From positions 8,122,001 to 8,186,000 of the forward strand of contig OX597815.1 of NCBI GenBank assembly GCA_951406725.2: a stretch of 64,000 bases of DNA. Direction: 5' to 3'. Below the pieces are notes generated by a model that was not told where the DNA came from, did not search any database, and worked only from the letters and a program-made list of their open reading frames with translations. The number at the start of each line of letters is the position of its first letter. The stretch's first letter is position 1. The DNA is from Octopus vulgaris. Taxonomy: Eukaryota. Of this stretch, positions 56,681 through 64,000 are shown in pieces. The translations under genes were made by a program, and so were the position numbers.

Positions 56681-57110
56681 CACCACCACTACCACCACAA
56701 CCATCCTCATCATCATCATCATCGTTGTCGTCGTCATCATCATCATCATCATCATAATCATCATCATCAACAACAACATCATCATCATCATCATCATCAT
56801 CATTATCATCATCATCATCATCATCATCCACACCACCACTACCACCACAACCATCCTCATCATTATCATCATCAACGTCGTCGTCATCATCATCATTATT
56901 ATCATAAACATCATCATCAATAACAGCAGCAATACCATCATCAACATCATCATCATTATCATCATCAACATCCACACCATCGCCACCACCACCACCACTA
57001 CCACCACAACCATCCTCATCATTATCATCATCATCGCCGCCACCATTACCACCATTAACATCATCAACGTCGTCGTCGTCGTCATCATCATCATCAACAA
57101 CAACAACAGT
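56520..57110. repeat. (CAT/CAC/CAA)n compound trinucleotide tract with internal duplication
   Basis: Visible directly. Confidence 0.92.
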
Positions 57111-57141
57111 AACTATAAAAACAACAATAACACGAAATATT

Positions 57142-57695
57142 ATTCCGCAGACGTAAGCATATCTTTATAATTAAGAAGATCACATTGCAACCACTTAGTC
57201 TCGGGTTCAGTCCCACTGCGCGGCACCTTGGGCAAGTGTTCTGTACCAGTGATAGACATATTGTCGAAACCCGTTGTGTGTATGTGTAGTGTGTGAGTGT
57301 GTGCAAGTGTGAGTGTGTGTGTGTAGTGTGTGAGTGTGTCTATGTATGTGTGGTGTATGTGTGAGTGTGTGGTGTGGTGTTTTGTGTGTAGTGTGTGTGG
57401 TGTGTATGTGTCGCGTGTCTGTGTGTGTATGCGTGGCATGTGTGTGAGTGTGCGTGTGTGAGGTGCGCTTGTATGTGCGCAGCGTATGTATGCGTGTATG
57501 TGATGTGTGTGTGTGTGGTGTGTGTATGGGTGTGTGGTGTGTGTGTGGTGCGTGTGTGTATTTGTGGTGTGTGTGTATGCGTGTATGTGTTGTGTGTGTG
57601 TAGTGTGTGTGTACGCCTGTATGTGTAGTGAGTGTGTGAGAGGGTGGTGTGTGTGTGGTGTGTATCTGTGTGTGTATGTGTGTGGCGTGTATCTG

Positions 57696-57726
<31 letters not shown>

Positions 57727-57945
57727 TGCATCTTAGTTTTTGTTTTTACCCTCTCTTTCCCTCACCACTTGGCAACTGGTTATGCTTTGTTACGTCCCGC
57801 AACCTAGCGGTTCGGCAAAAGAGACCAATACAATAAGTACCAGACTTTAAAATAAGTACTGTGGTCGATTTATTCAGCCAAAATCCTTCGAGGCGGTGCT
57901 CCAACATGGCCGCAGTCCAGTGGCTGAAACAAGTAGAAAATAAAA
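57142..57945 (+). mobile_element. SINE family A with expanded internal (TG)n
   Basis: GGGTTCAGTCCCACTGCGCGGCACCTTGGGCAAGTG head; tail at 57770-57945. Confidence 0.75.
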
Positions 57946-57994
57946 CATAAAATAGGCGCAGGAGTGGCTGTGTTTTAAGAAGCTTGCTTACCAA

Positions 57995-58034
<40 letters not shown>

Positions 58035-58053
58035 ATACGTGTATGTGCATGTA

Positions 58054-58112
<59 letters not shown>

Positions 58113-58354
58113 TATATATATATATATATACATATAATATATACATACGTATATGTATATACGTATATGGGTACAGGACATTATCAACTGTGTAAACAAC
58201 ATGAAGTAAGAAAACAAAAGAGTTACATATGCAAAGAACGAGAGGATAAAATGGAAAACAGGACAGTGGAAACATACAAGGAAACCGAACGGAAACAAAC
58301 ACGGAGGACCGTTAGACCAGAACGGGAAAAGAATAGTGAATGCTGGGATATATA

Positions 58355-60380
58355 TCTCTTATTATAAAAGGCAGATTTTATCTGCCTCCCTTTGTCTCTT
58401 ATAGAAATCTACAATATAGGATTTCTTCAATTACAATTTACCTAGCATTTTTAAGAGTAGAATGCATCGCGTCATGCCAGGTCCAGTTTTTAAAATTTAA
58501 ACTCCAATTAAGCAAAATTTACAGAAAACTCACATTGTGGTGTCTAAGTCAAATGCTTTTCTTAGTGTGGCCTACACCACACGCACACGCACACACACAG
58601 TGTGCAACGATTAAAGTGAAAGTAATTCACTTTTTGTAGTGAGTGACTCTTTCACTCTGCCACTTCCTCTTTACACACATGGACACGCAAATATATAAAT
58701 AAAATTGTAAGCTAACGTGTGTGTGTGCGTGTGTGTGAGTGTGTGTGTGTGTGTGCGTGTGTGTGTGTGTGAGGGTGCGTGTGTGTGTGTGTGTGCGTGT
58801 GCGTGAGTGTGTGACAGGAAAGTTTTTTAGGACGAATATAAGACCTATATCCAAGTAGCAGAAAGATCGCCCAAAAGTGTATATAGATATTTAAATGTAT
58901 TTATATATTCATCTATGCACACATGTATGTATAACGTGTGTGTATATATTTCCATAGAGGTAACCATTCACTCCATACAAAATCTTTTAGGACGAAAATA
59001 AGATCTAAAGTTATCTCTAAGAAACAGAAAGATCGCCCAAAAGTGTATATAGATATTTAAATGTATTTATATATTCATCTATACACAGATGTATGTATAA
59101 TGTGCGTGTATATATTTCCATAGAGGTAACCATTCAATCCATACAAAGTTTTTTAGGACGAAAATATTTATATATAAAAGAAAGGTTGTGTGTCTGTCTA
59201 CTCCGATTTAGATTCCTAACTACTCCCACATTTTGCGATGCAGTTTAACCAAAACCGGGTATCTTATAGTCGTGATTCATATCGAGCCCTTCTGGGTATT
59301 AGCGCGCGTCTACGATGAGTCTATGATTTTACAAATAATTTACCATCATTTTTTTCCATTTTAATGCATATTTTTTTAGATAAAGGGAAGTAACTCTCAA
59401 ACTTCACACCAATATGCGTGCTCATATGCGACGTAATATCACATCAGCAGCATTTCCTCACACCCTCCTTGCACTTGGCGAAGGCAAAATACCAGGGGAT
59501 GAAAATGGTAATATTGCCATCGATTCCATTTGTACCATTGTTAAGACGCCTTCTGATCTCAGAGATGCAGTGTTCCCAGATCTACAAGCTAATTATCAGA
59601 ATATGGATTGGATTGGAAAAAAGGCTATACTGGCCCCGAGGAATAAAACTGTTCACCATATTAATGATGAAATGCTAAAACTCATTCCTGGGGAAGTCTA
59701 TGTGTATCAGTCTATCGATACAACTCCTGACCCAGAGGACGTCATCAACTATCCAATAGAGGTACTCAATTCCTTTGAGCACCCCGGACTACCACCACAC
59801 TTTCTCAAACTTAAAGTTGGTGCCCCTATAATGCTCATCAGAAATTTGGTTCCCCCAAAACAATGCAATGGCACACGTTTGATCGTTAAGTCCTTATCTC
59901 CCACCGTAAGCTTATATCAATATTTGTCTGAATAATCATCATAATTCAGTGCAATCATTAACAGTACTTTCAAGCAATTCAGCCCCGAGCAACGCCGGGC
60001 AATTCTGCTAGCATATGTATAAAGCTGAAGTTGTCTGTGTGTGGCAGGTTTGGTAGCCTTCGACTAACACTATCTCCTCCGAGACCCTGCGGCGCAAGTT
60101 GACCAAAATTGAGAGTATGATAGAAGGGTTGCTCTTCCTTCCGTAGAAGAAAAAATTCAAATCGGACCATGTTAACACCAAAAAGGTGCTTTTTTTTTAT
60201 GAAAATCCCTATTTTTTACGATTTTTTGACTGCTGTGTCGCCACTTTTCGGTGTATTTCAACCAGAAAAATGTTCACTTAAAGAGAATAATATGCTACAT
60301 AAAGCAAAATATTTAATTTTCAAAAATTCCAATTCTTAAGGGTCGAAACAAAGCCGAGCAACGCAGGGCGATACTGCTAG
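58355..60380 (+). mobile_element. composite Helitron with a helicase fragment and two 3' termini (60011, 60380)
   Basis: 5' TC matching 11345; internal second 5' module at about 59166; hairpin plus CTAG twice. Confidence 0.9.
59414..59935 (+). pseudogene. Helitron RepHel Pif1-like helicase fragment (173 aa open frame)
   Basis: NMRA, LLALGEG, KAILAPRNKTVHHIN, EVLNS...GLPPH.LKLKVGAPIMLIRNL...CNGTRLIV. Confidence 0.92.
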
Positions 60381-60422
60381 TATATTATATTATATTATAT
60401 TATATTATATATATATATATAT

Positions 60423-60798
60423 ATACAAATAAGAAAATGGAGGAACCAATTCATTTCGATCATCAACTTACGGATATTACCATTTCATATTATTTATTAA
60501 TTATACAAATAGGAACATGAAAATCGAACAAAACAATATACATCAATATGCAAATTAATAATAAAAAATGGTAATATCCGTAAGTTGATGATCGAAATGA
60601 ATTTGTTTCTCCATTTTCTTATTTGTATTATGAATTTACGGTAAAATATTTTTTACCTTCACCCATTCAATCCAATAAATGAATTAATTGCATTGCAATT
60701 ATAAGCATTTATGTATTTAGTATTTGGGTACTTCACCAGCAGTATATTGGATAACTGATATCCCATAGTGGGTTACACTCATAACTCCTATCTTACTT

Positions 60799-60800
<2 letters not shown>
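60423..60800 (+). mobile_element. (TA)n-embedded element with inverted arms (60423-60485 / 60566-60628)
   Basis: About 63-bp inverted repeat plus tail, (TA)n flanks; no complete HHR seen. Confidence 0.6.
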
Positions 60801-60888
<88 letters not shown>

Positions 60889-60890
<2 letters not shown>

Positions 60891-60986
60891 CAAAATAAGC
60901 AACAAGGATATTTTGGATAATACCATACCAAATTCTGGTGCCTTTAAATTAAGTACCATATTCATCTGAATCTAAATTTTGCTGAA

Positions 60987-61030
<44 letters not shown>

Positions 61031-61128
61031 CAAAATAAGCAACAAGGATATTTTGGATAATACCATACCAAATTCTGGTGCCTTTAAATTAAGTACCATA
61101 TTCATCTGAATCTAAATTTTGCTGAACT
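60889..61128 (+). repeat. two identical 100-bp inserts in (TA)n (60889-60988, 61029-61128)
   Basis: Exact duplication at offset 140; homologous to the tail of the 21923-22307 element. Confidence 0.88.
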
Positions 61129-61442
61129 TATATATATATATATATATATATATAGTAAAGACCTCCTTCGGTCATGAATGGCCATGGAATTGCACCTAGA
61201 ATGTTCCCCTACGAAGCACAAGTCCTAGGCAAGGTTGTTTATGGAAAACAACCGGCATTGGTGTATTTACCCTAAAAAAATAAGTTTTGAGGTCAATTTG
61301 GCCTGGTGTCATATGACCGCCATCATGTGACTCAAACAGGTAAAAGATAAAATATAAAAGGCACTTAACCTCGGACATAAAATTGTTGTAAAAGCCTGAC
61401 AGTTTTTAAGTGCGGAAATGAATTTCAACATAAATAGGACGT

Positions 61443-61625
61443 AAGGTGGCAAACTGGCAGAATCATTAGCACGCCAGGCAAAATGCTTAGCAAAATGCTT
61501 AGCAAAATGCTTAGCAAAATGCTTAGCAGTATTTCTTAGTTCAAATTCCGCCAAGGTCGACTTTCCCTCTCATCCTTTCGGTATCGATAAAATAAGTACC
61601 GATTGATGTAATCGATTTACCACCT
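61443..61625 (+). mobile_element. SINE family C with a short tandem repeat (x4) in its head
   Basis: AAGGTGGCAAACTGGCAGAATCATTAGCACGCC; GCAAAATGCTTA repeated four times. Confidence 0.75.
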
Positions 61626-61639
61626 CGTCCTGCTATCAT

Positions 61640-61977
61640 TTACATTGTTTTGTCTTGGTATAAAAGATGGGCAACAGCAAATATTCTGCTCTATACCACA
61701 GATTTGCTTGTCAGTTGTTTGACCTTAACCAGTTGAGCATGTCCCTTGGTGGCTGACGATATGTGCATCTCTGATCACGAGCAGAAGTAGTGGGGGAGCA
61801 TCATAGCCATGTGTTGAGAGGAATTCTTTGGGGTTTGGATAATTCACCTTTGGAAACATCCTTAAACAATCCTTATACAGGGACCTTTTGAGCGGAATGG
61901 ACTACTCGACCTGAAAAAAATTCTAACTGGGCCCCACCTGCAAGGTCATGTGCTATCACTTTGATGGCATGCACTCA
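61640..61977 (+). mobile_element. interspersed repeat ending in a (GAA)n tail
   Basis: Shared with 34285-34440; abuts the (GAA)n tract. Confidence 0.6.
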
Positions 61978-62230
61978 AGAAGAAGAAGAAGAAGAAGAAG
62001 AAGAAGAAGAAGAAGAAGAAGAAGAAGAAGAAGAAGAAGAAGAAGAAGAAGAAGAAGAAGAAGAAGAAGAAGAAGAAGAAGAAGAAGAAGAAGAAGAAGA
62101 AGAAGAAGAAAAGAAGAAGAAGAAGAAGAAGAAGAAGAAGAAGAAGAAGAAGAAGAAGAAGAAGAAGAAGAAGAAGAAGAAGAAGAAGAAGAAGAAGAAG
62201 AAGAAGAAGAAGAAGAAGAAGAAGAAGAAA
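61977..62230. repeat. (GAA)n microsatellite
   Basis: Visible directly. Confidence 0.97.
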
Positions 62231-62403
62231 GAGGAGGAGGAGCACTACTTCCCAACACTGTTCAGGTTGTCCCCCTTTTCTTAAGACATTATGGTGGGAT
62301 TTTCGAAAAGATTTGGCTGCAATTTCCAGCTGACTGAACGATCGAGAGGAGACTTTTCGATTGAACTTTCGGATATCTGCAGATGTTCTTGTCGTCGTCA
62401 GCG

Positions 62404-62435
<32 letters not shown>

Positions 62436-62439
62436 TTGC

Positions 62440-62499
<60 letters not shown>

Positions 62500-62506
62500 A
62501 GTTGTT

Positions 62507-62539
<33 letters not shown>

Positions 62540-63060
62540 CATACCTAAGTTAGTCCTGATCGAGTAGATAGATTTACGAACACGGAGTTCCAGACTTTTC
62601 TTTCCAAACTTTCTGACAGGCCGTTCATGCCTGTGACTTTCTGATCTTGATGTCTGCTTCCGAACTCGCTCACCCAAGCAACCCGAAGCACTTGAAGTTA
62701 TTCAAGTACAATATTCAATTTCGGAACCAATGAAAGCAAACAGTTCAGCATCACTTGATCGGTTGAAAGTCATCATATTCGGTTTTTCTTGACATTTGTG
62801 TTGCAGTCCAGTTTTGGCAGCTGATGTTTTTTCCACTCTGCTGAGCAGCTTTTATGCTTGAGCTGTTTCATCAGAGAGGAAGGAGTGTTATGTCATCTGC
62901 GAAGTAAGAAGAGGAAAGCGACACTCTTACATCGACAACTTGGTCGCAGACACCGGCCCCTGGAAGGTATCCAGAACACCGAGGCAGTGATGTTGGGCCG
63001 AGGAGTGTAGCTGGGAGGGAGGGGGAACTACGTTGCTGCGACCCGGATTGAAACCCGGTC

Positions 63061-63104
<44 letters not shown>

Positions 63105-63180
63105 CACAATCATTCCTAGAGATCCTACAATCAGTGATTGTAGGATCTCAAGGAATGATAGTGATTGTAGGATTTCTAGG

Positions 63181-63296
63181 AATGATAGAAAAAGGTACTG
63201 AAACCTATTTGAAAATGATACCAGGCTTACCATCCGTACAGGAAGTGCAAAAAATCGTATTAACTGGAACGGTTCATGTACTGAGAAGAGCATTAT
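63181..63296 (+). pseudogene. R4/Dong-like LINE extreme C-terminus, near (TAA)n tracts
   Basis: MIEKGTETYLKMIPGLPSVQEVQKIVLTGTVHVLRRAL (QK..L.GT..ILR..L motif); (TAA)n at 63062-63104 and 63475-63550. Confidence 0.75.
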
Positions 63297-63474
63297 TGCT
63301 GTGAAAACAACATTCATCCATGAATTCATTTATTTATTAATTTTTAAATACATATTTTATCTGTGAATTTGCGCGTGTAATCTGGGAATGCATACAATGA
63401 GCTTCTCTGCCCTAGGTGTATGGAAAACACTCGGCGAGAAACGGAAGAAAATTTGAAGAAAGAAGGAAAAAAAC

Positions 63475-63541
<67 letters not shown>

Positions 63542-64000
63542 TAATAATATAATCAAGGGCATTCCAGCCACAACCATCCTGTTTTTCTTTTTTCAATCAT
63601 ACTTCACTCTGCACACAGTGCCAGGAACTATACCACTCTGTGGTTTCAACTTATATCTGTGTAGATTGGACTTTGACTGTTAAAAGTCTTGTTATGGAAT
63701 AGACAAAGTACAGTAAACTATAACATTGATGTCATATGTGGTACCTGGTTACAGCTAGATGGACTGTGCTAACGCGCTAATTACTGACAGTAAGATGAGT
63801 TGGACTGTCAAGATTTAAGAATCCTTGTCGTGGATGGTATCCAGTGCTGGTGAGCGGAGCCGAACCAACAAAGCGCCGCTTGGCCGTTGGGTCTCGATGT
63901 GATGGAGAAACTGTAGCAAAGTGAGAAACGTCCTCAACTTTACTAGACATAAACTGGGGAAATACAAATGAGAAACTACACAATAATTAACGAATGGTAT

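Noticed and set aside
62930-63062. HDV-like ribozyme at a putative LINE end
   Set aside because: Could not build the P1/P1.1/P2 nested pseudoknot

Overview
AT-rich, repeat-saturated eukaryotic DNA, intergenic or intronic. I can support no intact host gene, and most long ORFs in the track are microsatellite read-throughs. The SINE families and the microsatellite load suggest a cephalopod (Octopus-like) genome; this is an inference. Ordinary content: three tRNA-derived SINE families, a decayed mariner, hAT- and piggyBac-type MITEs, composite Helitrons (one with a Pif1-helicase fragment), RTE and R4/Dong LINE fragments, a decayed Penelope-like (PLE) GIY-YIG ORF and a 4-kb 52-bp satellite. The main signal is a set of non-coding elements, mostly inside (TA)n tracts, that carry type I hammerhead ribozyme (HHR) motifs. 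They include a 546-bp x3.9 tandem array with an inverted 5' arm (7255-9817), a 565-bp x1.15 element with the same architecture and a homologous 3' end (48321-49193), and further HHR elements at about 17.7, 18.0, 22.0 and 31.2 kb. A minimal HHR also sits directly after the PLE ORF remnant. Together these look like a Penelope-mobilised retrozyme / circular-RNA system. Ribozyme folds were identified by eye; activity and expression are untested.
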